Source of the DNA: a virus
Taxonomy: Duplodnaviria > Caudoviricetes
Reading direction: 5' to 3' (one strand)
Virus record (IMG/VR): IMGVR_UViG_3300032053_000004
Coordinates: 1 to 64,000 of that record
Length of the DNA: 64,000 nucleotides
Shown here in pieces: positions 9,444 to 18,673 of the stretch. The notes below the pieces were generated by a model. That model had not been told where the DNA came from. It was given only the letters and a program-made list of their open reading frames with translations, and did not search any database. The position numbers and the translations under genes were made by a program. Each line of letters starts with the position of its first letter. Position 1 is the stretch's first letter.

Positions 9444-9983
9444 ATGAATTGTATTATCACCGTTAAGGGAAATGGTTCGGGGCGATACGGCAATCCTAAA
9501 ACGCCCCGTACTGGCCCTCTAAAAGAGTTCCTGGTCGATAACAGTGTTTTCTACATTGCTGTTACGAACCATCTCAAGACATGCAACACTTGTTCTATCG
9601 AGGAAATTCTTCGATATTATCTTGAGCGAAGGAAGACCAACTCTAAATTTAACGGGTTTACGGCAACCGGGATTGTAAACCGGGCTCTGATTTTGGAAAA
9701 ACTGGCTGCTAAGAAAGGCTGTCCAGTTCCAAAAGAGCTTGTGAATGAATTTCTTTGGAGATCTGGACCGTATTTTAACGTGAATTTCGGAGACCGCCTT
9801 TCTCCTCGAGAGAAGATTCTCGGTTTCAAGGTACTCTTCTCCGTTCCAGAATTCACTCAAGTGGGCTTGCTAACCAGTGTTGATATGACTCTGGCGAAGA
9901 TTGCCCAGGATTCGTCTGGGAAAGATTTCACTGACGAAGAGATAGAATCTCTTGTGAGGGTCGCTGAAGTGATTTACGCCTGA
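9444..9983 (+). CDS. Hypothetical protein with C-terminal tag
   Basis: Start at ATG 9444 by RBS; ends RVAEVIYA. Confidence 0.7.
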   Translation: MNCIITVKGNGSGRYGNPKTPRTGPLKEFLVDNSVFYIAVTNHLKTCNTCSIEEILRYYLERRKTNSKFNGFTATGIVNRALILEKLAAKKGCPVPKELVNEFLWRSGPYFNVNFGDRLSPREKILGFKVLFSVPEFTQVGLLTSVDMTLAKIAQDSSGKDFTDEEIESLVRVAEVIYA

Positions 9984-10013
9984 AAACGGAAACCGGGCCG
10001 CCCCGCTCGTATC
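9982..10013 (+). promoter_or_regulatory. Repeated early-type promoter
   Basis: AAAACGGAAA...CGTATC-N7-GGAGG. Confidence 0.8.
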
Positions 10014-10033
10014 GGGAATCGGAGGACACAACT

Positions 10034-10429
10034 ATGCGGATTTTTATTCTGGATGACAACCAAGACCGGCACGATGGATTCCGTAAGGCTTTTTCGGATC
10101 CAGATCACGTTCTCATCCACGTTTATACTCATAACCAGGCCGTAAAGGCTCTCCAGGACAATCCGGCGTTCGATGTGGTCTATTTGGACCACGATCTCGG
10201 GGACCTCCAGGATGGGGATAAGGATGACTACGGAAGAGAGCTGACGGGTCAAGATGTGGCTCGTTTCATCGCCAGGGAGCTCGATAGTAGCAAGCTCCCT
10301 GGAGAGGTCATTATCCATTCTTGGAACCCGGTCGGAGCACGTGCCATGCTTCAGATGCTCCAGGATGTTGTTCAGGTGTCGTGTCGTCCATACACGGTTC
10401 CCGGCCAAACTCAGATTCACTTCAAGTAG
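10034..10429 (+). CDS. Stand-alone cyclic-phosphate-processing receiver (cREC)-like domain
   Basis: IFILDD...VYLDHDLG...TGQDVARFI...IIHSWNPVGARAM. Confidence 0.75.
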   Translation: MRIFILDDNQDRHDGFRKAFSDPDHVLIHVYTHNQAVKALQDNPAFDVVYLDHDLGDLQDGDKDDYGRELTGQDVARFIARELDSSKLPGEVIIHSWNPVGARAMLQMLQDVVQVSCRPYTVPGQTQIHFK

Positions 10430-10529
10430 GGAACCATGCCATTTCACATCTGCGGAGACGAGATCGCGGCTTTCTTCGCTTCTCTTCCTTGGCTCGTCTT
10501 TGGATGGCGCTGGGTGAAGGCGAGGTTCA

Positions 10530-10937
10530 GTGGGATCAATGGGAAGTAATTGGGAAGACGTTTGGCCGACACAGCGGGCCAAGCGTCCGCCGGATGATGG
10601 AAAGGTCGATCCCTGGGCGCGGGAAGTGACCGAAACTATCCGTTCCGTCATCAACCGACCGAAGTCCGGTCTCCATGCTGAGGAACGCCATAAGGTCCCT
10701 AATGTCAAAGGGATTTGCACTCCTATCGAAGTTCTTGCAACTGGGGAGAAGTTCAATCTCTTCATTCATTGGTATCGAACTAATGTTAGTATCCGGGTCG
10801 GTCCCAGTAACTTTGAAGAACGGTTCAATTTCTCAGTTGTAATATCTAGAGATAAGCCAATCAAGATCCGTAAACTTGCGTTGGTGTTGTGTAAGAAGCT
10901 CGTGAACAAGGCCGTATACGACATATTAAAGTCTTGA
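10530..10937 (+). CDS. Hypothetical protein with C-terminal tag
   Basis: Ends AVYDILKS. Confidence 0.6.
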   Translation: MGSMGSNWEDVWPTQRAKRPPDDGKVDPWAREVTETIRSVINRPKSGLHAEERHKVPNVKGICTPIEVLATGEKFNLFIHWYRTNVSIRVGPSNFEERFNFSVVISRDKPIKIRKLALVLCKKLVNKAVYDILKS

Positions 10938-11148
10938 TAAGGAGTAAAGTAATGACAAGTAGTTGACACTGTTGCGATTGGCAATGAGCCCGGATCTCCA
11001 GTAAATTACAACCGAAGCTGCGATGGGTTGTAGGGGCTGGTTTTTCGAATAAATATGTAATAGTGAAACTGCAGGACACTGACACGACGCGCGTTGGTAG
11101 TGTGGCCAGGTTTCTTTTAGGAGAGCCTGGCCACACATGTATTATATA

Positions 11149-11180
11149 AAAGATGCAAATCGCGCCGTCGCCCACGTATC
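11149..11180 (+). promoter_or_regulatory. Repeated early-type promoter
   Basis: AAGATGCAAA...CGTATC-N7-GGAGG. Confidence 0.75.
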
Positions 11181-11200
11181 GGGACATGGAGGACAAGACT

Positions 11201-11356
11201 ATGAATCTCTATAAATTTTTCTTCGGAGACTTCAAGACCCCGATCTTCGTAAACGTCTACGGAGTCGGAGTTCCGGCCGGGCTTTACGAAAGGCTGCCTG
11301 AGAAATTCAGAGCTCATCTGGAGAAGCGAACCCTTCGCTCGCGGAGACGTTCGTGA
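11201..11356 (+). CDS. Small hypothetical protein
   Basis: Promoter plus GGAGG RBS. Confidence 0.6.
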   Translation: MNLYKFFFGDFKTPIFVNVYGVGVPAGLYERLPEKFRAHLEKRTLRSRRRS

Positions 11357-11550
11357 TCGAGCGGGGCACGCGCGTCCGTCTCATTCGGTGCAATGACCGA
11401 TACACGCGGCTGCAGCCAGGAGAAGAGGGAACCGTGTCGTGCGTCGACGCGCTCGGCACGGTTCACATCCGCTGGGATTCAGGTTCGCATCTCGGTTTGA
11501 TACCGGACGACGATGAGTTCGATGTAGCGCTCATTCAAAAGTCAAACTAG
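11353..11550 (+). CDS. DUF4314-like SH3-fold protein
   Basis: GTRVRL...D.YT.L.PG.EGTV..VD..GTVHIRWD.GS.LGLIP..D.F. Confidence 0.8.
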   Translation: MIERGTRVRLIRCNDRYTRLQPGEEGTVSCVDALGTVHIRWDSGSHLGLIPDDDEFDVALIQKSN

Positions 11551-11616
11551 CACACGCAAAAGCGGAGGCCGAGCCCCTGCCGTCGTACCGGACGGACAGG
11601 AGGCCCGCGCATTTAC

Positions 11617-12216
11617 ATGCAAATTTGTAAAGACAAAGATGTTGAAGAAGCCGTCGCCAATAGGCTCGAAGAAGGATGCCGAGAGCATTTGAAGAAAATC
11701 GCTTATCGGTATATCAAGACTGGTCGTGAAGAGGTCTATGCTAGCGGTATGATGATGGCTGCTGAAATTGGACAGGCGAAAGACGGTCTCAATCTTTCAA
11801 TCGTTGTCGTTGTCGGAGGCATTTTTGTTTTTGACGGGAAGCAGGAAGAAATTCTGGACAAGATCTACGGAATTGTCCGGACGAACATCGATACGCCAGT
11901 AAAAGTCCTTGGCAAAATGGCTTATATCCGCATGAAGCGGTTTGAAGAGATGCTCAGAGGGAGAAACTATACGTTTATCCAACACGGACAGAGAAGAGCT
12001 CATAATTTCAACGAACATGAAGAACTCCCAGATCTTAGTAAGAAAGAGCTTTGGGGTCCGGCAATAGCCATACTCAAGCAGAGTCCTTGGGGCACGACTC
12101 AACACGTACATCATGAAGCGGACATCAAGAAATTCCTCGCTCGGGACGAAGTCACGGACGAAGTTCTTCAAGTCGGTTGGGATATGATGATGACGAAAGA
12201 ATTGATTACTGCATGA
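11617..12216 (+). CDS. Hypothetical protein with C-terminal tag
   Basis: AGGAGG RBS behind CGTACC promoter variant; ends MTKELITA. Confidence 0.72.
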   Translation: MQICKDKDVEEAVANRLEEGCREHLKKIAYRYIKTGREEVYASGMMMAAEIGQAKDGLNLSIVVVVGGIFVFDGKQEEILDKIYGIVRTNIDTPVKVLGKMAYIRMKRFEEMLRGRNYTFIQHGQRRAHNFNEHEELPDLSKKELWGPAIAILKQSPWGTTQHVHHEADIKKFLARDEVTDEVLQVGWDMMMTKELITA

Positions 12217-12431
12217 GGGGTTTTTGGGCTTGGTGGGAGTCCCAAGAGGAACGCCGGAAATCATTATATGGGGAGGGACCTGCGGGAGGCCATTGGGTTT
12301 GGTCCGGGTCTATAGAAGACCCAGGGAAGGAGCGTCAAATTTTCCTAGGGAAGGATTTTAAAGAAGCTCAAGAAAATATGTCGGCCTTACTTGAAAATGA
12401 TAGAATAACGAACGAGATTATAACTTCGTAG
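12213..12431 (+). CDS. Hypothetical protein with C-terminal tag
   Basis: ATGA overlap; ends ITNEIITS. Confidence 0.6.
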   Translation: MRGFWAWWESQEERRKSLYGEGPAGGHWVWSGSIEDPGKERQIFLGKDFKEAQENMSALLENDRITNEIITS

Positions 12432-12479
12432 TGAGCTGAGCTCGGGGCGCAAGTTGTCGCTCGTCCGACGTACCGTGGA

Positions 12480-12911
12480 GTGGAGATGGCACGTCCAGAT
12501 CTCATAAATAGATTCCGTAATCTCGTCCCATATGGCATACAATGGATCACGAGGGAGTATATCTGCGAAAAGACTGGAGCATCTTTGCCAGACGTCGATG
12601 ATTGTTTTCAGCATTTCATCCGGACGAAAACCCTCCGGGAGATGCAGCAGTCTATACCTCGAAGAGAAGAACGCTGGCATAAGCGAGAAATAGCTCTTGA
12701 TTCGGACCGGAGCCATGTTCGATTTTATATTGTGCTCCGTCCTTGTGATTGGATGTTCGACTGGTATGGCCAGTCTCTCGGGAAGAAAACCAAGCCTCAG
12801 CGCCTCTGCAAACTCTGCCAAAAGCCGATCTTGCGTCGTCACCAAAAAGCTGGTTTTCACGACAAGGATAAATGCGACGAGGATCAAACCGAGTGGGTGC
12901 TGAAGTCATGA
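12480..12911 (+). CDS. Hypothetical protein (CxxC...H...C) with C-terminal tag
   Basis: Ends QTEWVLKS. Confidence 0.65.
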   Translation: MEMARPDLINRFRNLVPYGIQWITREYICEKTGASLPDVDDCFQHFIRTKTLREMQQSIPRREERWHKREIALDSDRSHVRFYIVLRPCDWMFDWYGQSLGKKTKPQRLCKLCQKPILRRHQKAGFHDKDKCDEDQTEWVLKS

Positions 12912-13159
12912 CAGAGATGACCGACAAACAAATTCGTCGAGCCATCCTTCGGGTGAACACCGGGCTCACAGAACAAATGCTTCAGTTGAATGAATCCGAT
13001 TTTCGTCTTATGAAAACTCAAGCCGGTTGGCATGTTTCGATTTCCAAATACGAAAATTTTCAGCGGGAATATGTGGCTAATTGGAGTCAAATTCCGACTG
13101 TTGAAGCTGTTCGACAAGCGATCGACATAATTTTAGCTGAAGAAGTAATGGACAGCTGA
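12908..13159 (+). CDS. Hypothetical protein with C-terminal tag
   Basis: ATGA overlap; ends LAEEVMDS. Confidence 0.7.
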   Translation: MTEMTDKQIRRAILRVNTGLTEQMLQLNESDFRLMKTQAGWHVSISKYENFQREYVANWSQIPTVEAVRQAIDIILAEEVMDS

Positions 13160-13189
13160 AGACGTGAATGACCCGGTGCGTCGCGTATC
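13158..13189 (+). promoter_or_regulatory. Repeated early-type promoter
   Basis: AAGACGTGAA...CGTATC-N7-GGAGG. Confidence 0.75.
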
Positions 13190-13213
13190 GGACAGTGGAG
13201 GCTGCGCATACAC

Positions 13214-14128
13214 ATGACCGACAATTTGCTCGAAACCGAAACGACTGCAATGATTCACCAGGCGACCCAGTTGGGTCAGGACGCCATGGCCCTGTGGAGT
13301 GACGATCGTCGCAAGGAGTTCTGCAACACCTTCGACGCTCGCGCCCGTGCTGCCAGATACATCCTGGCCATGACGGGGTACTACATCGTCGAGAAGGCCA
13401 AGAAGAGCCACATCGCGGGGGCTCATGCCAGCGGTGAGCTGATCACCGACAACAGGCAAGACGGGGTTTCAGGCATCCGGCACGACGCCTACACCGTTCA
13501 CTATGGTACGGAGTACGGCAACAAGATCATCGGTGGAAGATCCACCGAGGACCTCAATGCCATCGCTTCTGAGCGGGCGGACGCCATTCTTTCGGATCTT
13601 CCGGGCGTGCGGAAGGCAATGTCGATTCTTCAGCCCGAGATGGTGAAGATGATCGACCGTCGGGACGCGCTGAAGAAGAAGGGGCAGGAGTACCTGAATT
13701 CCCTGAACGAGATCTCGCAGCCCGTGGCGCTCTCGGAAGTGGACCAGAACATGACGATCGCGTCCTTCCGGAAGTTCGCCAAGGAGCGCGAGAAGAACCG
13801 CAAGGATCTCGTCTCCAAGCTCAACGAGGTGGGCGAAGAGGGCACGGAGCTGGATAACCTGATCAACAAGAAGCTCTACAAGGGCGTTCCGGGCCTGCAC
13901 GAGGCAGTCGTGAAGACCGCCAACACGCACTTGGAGAAGTCCAAGATGTTCGAGGAGATGACGCGCCGAGTGACCGAGAAGGTCATGTTCGGAGACAGCG
14001 AAGCGGCCAAGGACCTCCTTCACCACTTCGAGAAAGACGAGGTTTCTATTTCCGACACCGTGCGTTCGGAACTCCGTGCGGCCGTCCAGAAGCTCCTCGG
14101 CACGACGCCAAAGAAGACCAAGAAGTGA
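13214..14128 (+). CDS. Coiled-coil hypothetical protein (304 aa)
   Basis: Strong GC3 codon bias, promoter and RBS. Confidence 0.8.
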   Translation: MTDNLLETETTAMIHQATQLGQDAMALWSDDRRKEFCNTFDARARAARYILAMTGYYIVEKAKKSHIAGAHASGELITDNRQDGVSGIRHDAYTVHYGTEYGNKIIGGRSTEDLNAIASERADAILSDLPGVRKAMSILQPEMVKMIDRRDALKKKGQEYLNSLNEISQPVALSEVDQNMTIASFRKFAKEREKNRKDLVSKLNEVGEEGTELDNLINKKLYKGVPGLHEAVVKTANTHLEKSKMFEEMTRRVTEKVMFGDSEAAKDLLHHFEKDEVSISDTVRSELRAAVQKLLGTTPKKTKK

Positions 14129-14469
14129 GCCAATTGCATCACACGGATGGGGACCTGGTGCTTCTCACCGGGTCCCCATCCGATTCCGCGTCAGGTGATC
14201 CATACTCGGGGATAGAAGAATCTGGTCGTCAATTCTTCTACAACGACATGTACAAGAAGGATCGCCAAATAGTACTTCTTGCCCACAGGGTGACAATCCG
14301 GGGTGAGGGGCACTTCGCTGTCACCAAGAAGGGCGAGTATCGGCACTTCAGTTCCAAGGAACTCTCGCTTCGGTATACTGAAGATGGAAAACTTTTCTTC
14401 TACATGTTCTCCAAGTCTGATGAATTCCGTAAGAAAATGTGGGACGCGTCCCATTACGAGGTGGACTGA
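14125..14469 (+). CDS. Hypothetical protein
   Basis: GTGA overlap with upstream gene. Confidence 0.55.
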   Translation: MSQLHHTDGDLVLLTGSPSDSASGDPYSGIEESGRQFFYNDMYKKDRQIVLLAHRVTIRGEGHFAVTKKGEYRHFSSKELSLRYTEDGKLFFYMFSKSDEFRKKMWDASHYEVD

Positions 14470-15012
14470 ATGATCAAAGAAGCATGCATGCGGGTTGTGG
14501 ACGACGAGGTTTGGTTCGACCCTTCGTCTCTGAAGGACAAAGACGGATATGACCAAAGCGTTCCCCAATTTCAATACAAACTCAAGGCGTTTCTCGTCGA
14601 TGACCACAATTCTCGGGCGATTATCGAAGCCGCCTTCGGCAGGTCCGTCCCGAAGAATCGTGAATACATCGAAGAATTCAAGAAAGAAATCGATCTGGCA
14701 AAGTTCGATACGGGCGGAAAGAAGCTCCAGTTTACGTCCGGAGACCCACTTATTCGGGAACTGATAAAGGTCTCGGATCTCTCTGAGGGAATTCAGGAAG
14801 AACTGAAAAAGTACACATACATTATTAGTGATTACGAGGGAGAAAAAGTTGTGGACTTGTACTCCATGAGGTCCTTCGTCGAATGTGGGAGTTTTAACGA
14901 CTTCCACGACCGAATTCGGTCAAAGATTATCCACGAGGTTGTTTCTGAGGGAGCGAAGAACGACCACTGGACGAAGAAAATCGCAAATAGCAACGTTTTC
15001 CTCGTAGATTGA
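14470..15012 (+). CDS. Hypothetical protein
   Basis: Abuts neighbours in operon. Confidence 0.65.
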   Translation: MIKEACMRVVDDEVWFDPSSLKDKDGYDQSVPQFQYKLKAFLVDDHNSRAIIEAAFGRSVPKNREYIEEFKKEIDLAKFDTGGKKLQFTSGDPLIRELIKVSDLSEGIQEELKKYTYIISDYEGEKVVDLYSMRSFVECGSFNDFHDRIRSKIIHEVVSEGAKNDHWTKKIANSNVFLVD

Positions 15013-15013
15013 A

Positions 15014-15694
15014 ATGCAAATGACAAGAAAACCAAAGACCCCGACCGTCAAGAAGATTGAAATGCAAATGACAAGAAAACGAAAGACCCCGACCGTTCAG
15101 GAACTCCAGGCAACGATTGACGCATACAGAGCAAAGAACGAAGCTCTCGTGAAACAGTCGTGTTCTGCGAAACAGTCGCAGATATCTGCGAAAGATGCAG
15201 AGGAAAATTATATGGAACTCACTGATCTGAAGCACCAGGTCTTCACTCTGAAGGAGGGCTTGAGAGAGCTTGATCCTATTTTGAAGCAAGAGCTTCATCC
15301 TCTTTCGAATCTTGCTGAGAAGAGTAATCAAGCTCTCTCAAGTAAAGAGATTGAATCGATCAAAAAGTCTATGAAGAAGGCTCTGCATGATGCCCAAGAT
15401 AGGCTTGCCACGGAGTCCATCAAGCCCGCTCTGGAGTCGCTGCTTCTTCAGCGAGGTGAGGCCTTGACTGAGGTTTCTTTCGTCAAGATCGACGGGAAAT
15501 GGAGATCAACTCTTTCGTACGTCGAATTCGAAGAACTTCCGGATTATACTTCGTATATGCCGAAGTTCTTCTCTTCCGTCAAGAATCGAGTGAAGGTGCA
15601 CTCGGTTGATGCCGAGACTCTGGTGGGCTCAATCTCAGGGCTCAAGGAGCCGCCACCCAAGAAGTCTCTAACCTCAAGATATTCCCGACACTAA
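15014..15694 (+). CDS. Coiled-coil hypothetical protein with 48-nt N-terminal tandem duplication
   Basis: MQMTRKPKTPTVKKIE-MQMTRKRKTPTVQELQ. Confidence 0.7.
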   Translation: MQMTRKPKTPTVKKIEMQMTRKRKTPTVQELQATIDAYRAKNEALVKQSCSAKQSQISAKDAEENYMELTDLKHQVFTLKEGLRELDPILKQELHPLSNLAEKSNQALSSKEIESIKKSMKKALHDAQDRLATESIKPALESLLLQRGEALTEVSFVKIDGKWRSTLSYVEFEELPDYTSYMPKFFSSVKNRVKVHSVDAETLVGSISGLKEPPPKKSLTSRYSRH

Positions 15695-15710
15695 CCAAAA
15701 AGAAACCAAA

Positions 15711-15995
15711 ATGACCAAGAATCCAACTTCCGCCCCGAAGCATCGCGTCGTGACGCATCACCTCCGGTCCCTGAACCTCGATCGGTTCGCCATGAGCGGA
15801 ACTGACGAGTCGTTCCAGCTGTCGCGCCTGACGCCCGAGCAGGTCGAGACGTACAAGGAGCGCGTCATGGACGAGATCGAGCGGACGAAGCAAGAGGACG
15901 GGCCGCTGCTGGGCGAACTGTCGTACGTCGAGGGCTATCTCCACGCCCTGGAGAAGTTGGGCGCCTCTGGGTTTCACAGAACCCACATTGGTTGA
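15711..15995 (+). CDS. Hypothetical protein
   Basis: GC3-biased ORF in operon. Confidence 0.6.
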   Translation: MTKNPTSAPKHRVVTHHLRSLNLDRFAMSGTDESFQLSRLTPEQVETYKERVMDEIERTKQEDGPLLGELSYVEGYLHALEKLGASGFHRTHIG

Positions 15996-16224
15996 GATGA
16001 TGGACCTAGAAAAACCAGGCGACGTGTTGGTCATGATCAGCTCCGCTCTGGAGCATCACGCTGATGGCTCGGTGTACGACGGACTGTGTATCGGTTGTCT
16101 GAGTTGGGATGGCGACGACCTGATCGTGCCCGTCCTGAGCGAGGAGGAGGCACAGGCTGAGAACATCAAGTTTGGTTCTGCGAAGATTGTGTATCGAGTA
16201 AAGATCGAAAGGGTTGTTCTGTAG
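15988..16224 (+). CDS. Hypothetical protein
   Basis: In operon, converges on palindrome. Confidence 0.55.
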   Translation: MVEMMDLEKPGDVLVMISSALEHHADGSVYDGLCIGCLSWDGDDLIVPVLSEEEAQAENIKFGSAKIVYRVKIERVVL

Positions 16225-16248
16225 GGTTCACAGAATCCAGACTGGTTG

Positions 16249-16310
16249 AATCCAGATACGGGTTGGCCCCATTATCCAATTGGATAATGGGGCCAACCCG
16301 TATCTGGATT
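16249..16310. repeat. Perfect 62-bp palindrome with no loop
   Basis: AATCCAGATACGGGTTGGCCCCATTATCCAA|TTGGATAATGGGGCCAACCCGTATCTGGATT. Confidence 0.97.
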
Positions 16311-16337
16311 ATTGCTCAGATATCTGGCATACCTGAA

Positions 16338-16604
16338 TTAGGCATGTATTAATTGAGACGCGTGGAATTCGTCGATTTCTTCAGGCGAGGCCGCCCAAAG
16401 ACTTGAAAACGGACAATGAACCGTGTGCCCGTCGGCAAGACGGAGTACAGCCACATGAATGTTGATCCCATTCCGGTTGGGCTCCATTCCAGAGCGAATA
16501 TGTTCTCCAACCATTCCTTCGAACTTATATAAAGCTTCGGGCCAAGGTCGGCGGCTCGTTTCTTGGGAGCTGCCAAGGCAAATTCTATAATAACTAGTAC
16601 TCAT
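16338..16604 (-). CDS. Hypothetical protein with C-terminal tag
   Basis: Ends FHASQLIHA. Confidence 0.6.
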   Translation of the reverse strand: MSTSYYRICLGSSQETSRRPWPEALYKFEGMVGEHIRSGMEPNRNGINIHVAVLRLADGHTVHCPFSSLWAASPEEIDEFHASQLIHA

Positions 16605-17017
16605 GAAGTCATGACTTCAAGGGTAGCGATCTCGTCGTCTGTGTAAAAACCACAGGAAATCCCGGATCGCATAAGTTCCGATGCGCAACCCTCTATTGTT
16701 GGATTCGAGTTGTATGGGTTCAGACTGACCCGAAAGACCTTCGGAACACCAGAACAAGGCCCGAGCTCAATAAAGTCCTTGGCATCTTTCAACGTTATCC
16801 CGCTGTAATTCCGAAGAATCTTGATGGCTGCAATTTTTAGGCTAGATGGAACCCGAGTTATGACCAAATGACGCTCTTGTGCCAATTCTTTGATAATTGG
16901 GTGAGCGTTCTCCCAAACGATTTTTGCCACCTCAAGATATTTTTCTTTACTTAGAGAGGCGAACTCGCGCGAAACCTCAACGCGTGTTTCGTCTTCGATG
17001 ATGATTGTGATTTTCAT
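16601..17017 (-). CDS. Protein with ribosomal bL12 C-terminal-domain-like motif and C-terminal tag
   Basis: SLKIAAIKILRNYSGITLKDAKDFIE; start ATG 17017 (ATGA overlap); ends IATLEVMTS. Confidence 0.65.
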   Translation of the reverse strand: MKITIIIEDETRVEVSREFASLSKEKYLEVAKIVWENAHPIIKELAQERHLVITRVPSSLKIAAIKILRNYSGITLKDAKDFIELGPCSGVPKVFRVSLNPYNSNPTIEGCASELMRSGISCGFYTDDEIATLEVMTS

Positions 17018-17391
17018 GCTGATAGAACTTCGTACGTGTGTACTCGTTCCCGAAGATACTCGAGATCGGAGTAAGAATTGATCCAATCCCGGATCTTTTC
17101 AAAGATTTTAACATCTCCTTCAGAGTTTCTTCTCTGTTGAGTATTTAGATAACCAGCTACCTCTACAAGACGGAGAGATTCTCCGCTCAGAAGAGAGTCA
17201 AACGTGTGGCGGAATGAGTCTGCCACATGATGCGATGTTCCCACGAGGGCGCAAACTGCATCCTCATAGACTGTATCCAGATCGACGGGTTTGGCCGCAG
17301 AGAGCCAAACAACGGTATCCTGCCGTTTGACGAGGTATCGCTTACATACTTCGCAGATACAATATACATCCACAGTAGACTCTCTATACAC
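17014..17391 (-). CDS. Hypothetical protein with C-terminal tag
   Basis: Ends HTYEVLSA. Confidence 0.65.
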   Translation of the reverse strand: MYRESTVDVYCICEVCKRYLVKRQDTVVWLSAAKPVDLDTVYEDAVCALVGTSHHVADSFRHTFDSLLSGESLRLVEVAGYLNTQQRRNSEGDVKIFEKIRDWINSYSDLEYLRERVHTYEVLSA

Positions 17392-17613
17392 GAAGTATGG
17401 AGTACCTGGTTCGCAACGGCTCGGATTCGGAGAAGTGCGTCAGATCTGTTCACTTCTTATATCCCGTGGAAAAAGACGCAGGCATCTCGCGGTCCTTCAG
17501 AAGGGACAGGCGAGTAGCCTGTCGGATAGCACGATGCGCCCGCTTCTTATGTTCTCCTCGGGTTTTCGAATCGGCAGTCTTGCACATTCGGCAGTTACAC
17601 GACGTGTAGACCC

Positions 17614-17811
17614 TCATGTGGCGTTATCCCACTCGGAGGGCGGGAGCTTCGGTTCCTTTTCGGACTCGTACTCCTCGAGAAGATTCCGCTCCTCGTTGGT
17701 CTGGCCGCCTCGTCCTTGGCGACGATCATGGAAAACCGTAGTGGTCTTCCCGTGGCGAGCCTGCATCGCCATTGCCATCGCGCGGTAAGCAGATCGGATA
17801 TTGCGGGACAT
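17614..17811 (-). CDS. Small hypothetical protein
   Basis: CGTATT promoter variant, N7, GGAGG RBS. Confidence 0.65.
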   Translation of the reverse strand: MSRNIRSAYRAMAMAMQARHGKTTTVFHDRRQGRGGQTNEERNLLEEYESEKEPKLPPSEWDNAT

Positions 17812-17832
17812 AAACGCGTGCCTCCAATGTTC

Positions 17833-17864
17833 AATACGCGGCGGAAAGTACAACTTCCGCCCCG
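17833..17864 (-). promoter_or_regulatory. Repeated early-type promoter (CGTATT variant)
   Basis: GGGCGGAAG...CGTATT-N7-GGAGG. Confidence 0.7.
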
Positions 17865-17899
17865 AGCTCGAGCTCATTACCAAGTTATCATTTTGGCCT

Positions 17900-17931
17900 G
17901 AAGGCGCAAGCCGTGCCATCCGCGGCGTATC
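17900..17931 (+). promoter_or_regulatory. Repeated early-type promoter with no convincing ORF downstream
   Basis: AAGGCGCAAG...CGTATC. Confidence 0.65.
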
Positions 17932-18279
17932 GGTGAGTGCGGCAATAAACGCCGACTAAACAGCAAATAGACGCCGATCGATAACCATAACGGGAAAGAA
18001 AAGGTGTGTCATGACCTGGGGTATAACCGAGCGGGAGTGAGTCCCGCTTCCCTGAACCGGCGTACGACTTCTTTGGTGAGGACCGAGTTCAGTTAAAACT
18101 GAATAAATGGGAGATACCCTCCGCCAGCTTAAATGCTCGGAGGGTATCTGCATATTTTGAATGATATTTATTGCAAAGTTATACAACCAAGCCACGGCCG
18201 CCGGAAGTCTGCTGAGTTGTCGCGTATCCGAGAGCACGCCGGGCAATTTCGCTCGGCCTTTCTCCCAGGAGTTTTTCTC

Positions 18280-18630
18280 ATGACGAACCTTTACCCCTTC
18301 CTCTCCAAGGCCCAGATCTCCACCCGCATCGAGGAGGATCCCGCCTTCGCGCTGGAGTGTCTCCAGATCATGTGCTCGCGACAGACTGCTTTCGAGCAGG
18401 AGTCCAAGACCACGGTCGTGAAGAACCGGAGGGGCTTCATGAGCAGCCATGCCGTGAACGGCACCCTCCTGGCCGTCAAGGCTCGGACGGAGGGTCTCGA
18501 CGAGGTGGAGACCGCGAAGGCACAGGAGATGGTGTCTCACTACACCAAGCAGCTTGCGAGCCATTTCCGCCAGGAGGCTCTGGAGCGGGATCCTTCTCTT
18601 GCCGCAACGGCCCGGGTCTTCGGGGTCTAG
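18280..18630 (+). CDS. Four-copy paralog family protein, copy 1
   Basis: MTNLYPFLSK...RQTAFEQE...KNRRGFMSSHAVNGT...HYTKQLASHFR; AGGAG RBS. Confidence 0.85.
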   Translation: MTNLYPFLSKAQISTRIEEDPAFALECLQIMCSRQTAFEQESKTTVVKNRRGFMSSHAVNGTLLAVKARTEGLDEVETAKAQEMVSHYTKQLASHFRQEALERDPSLAATARVFGV

Positions 18631-18634
18631 CCCC

Positions 18635-18666
18635 AAGGGTGGAGGCCCGCGCCCTCCCCGCGTATC
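18635..18666 (+). promoter_or_regulatory. Repeated early-type promoter (drives candidate sRNA A)
   Basis: CGTATCGTGG variant shared with 19457. Confidence 0.6.
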
Positions 18667-18673
18667 GTGGGTT

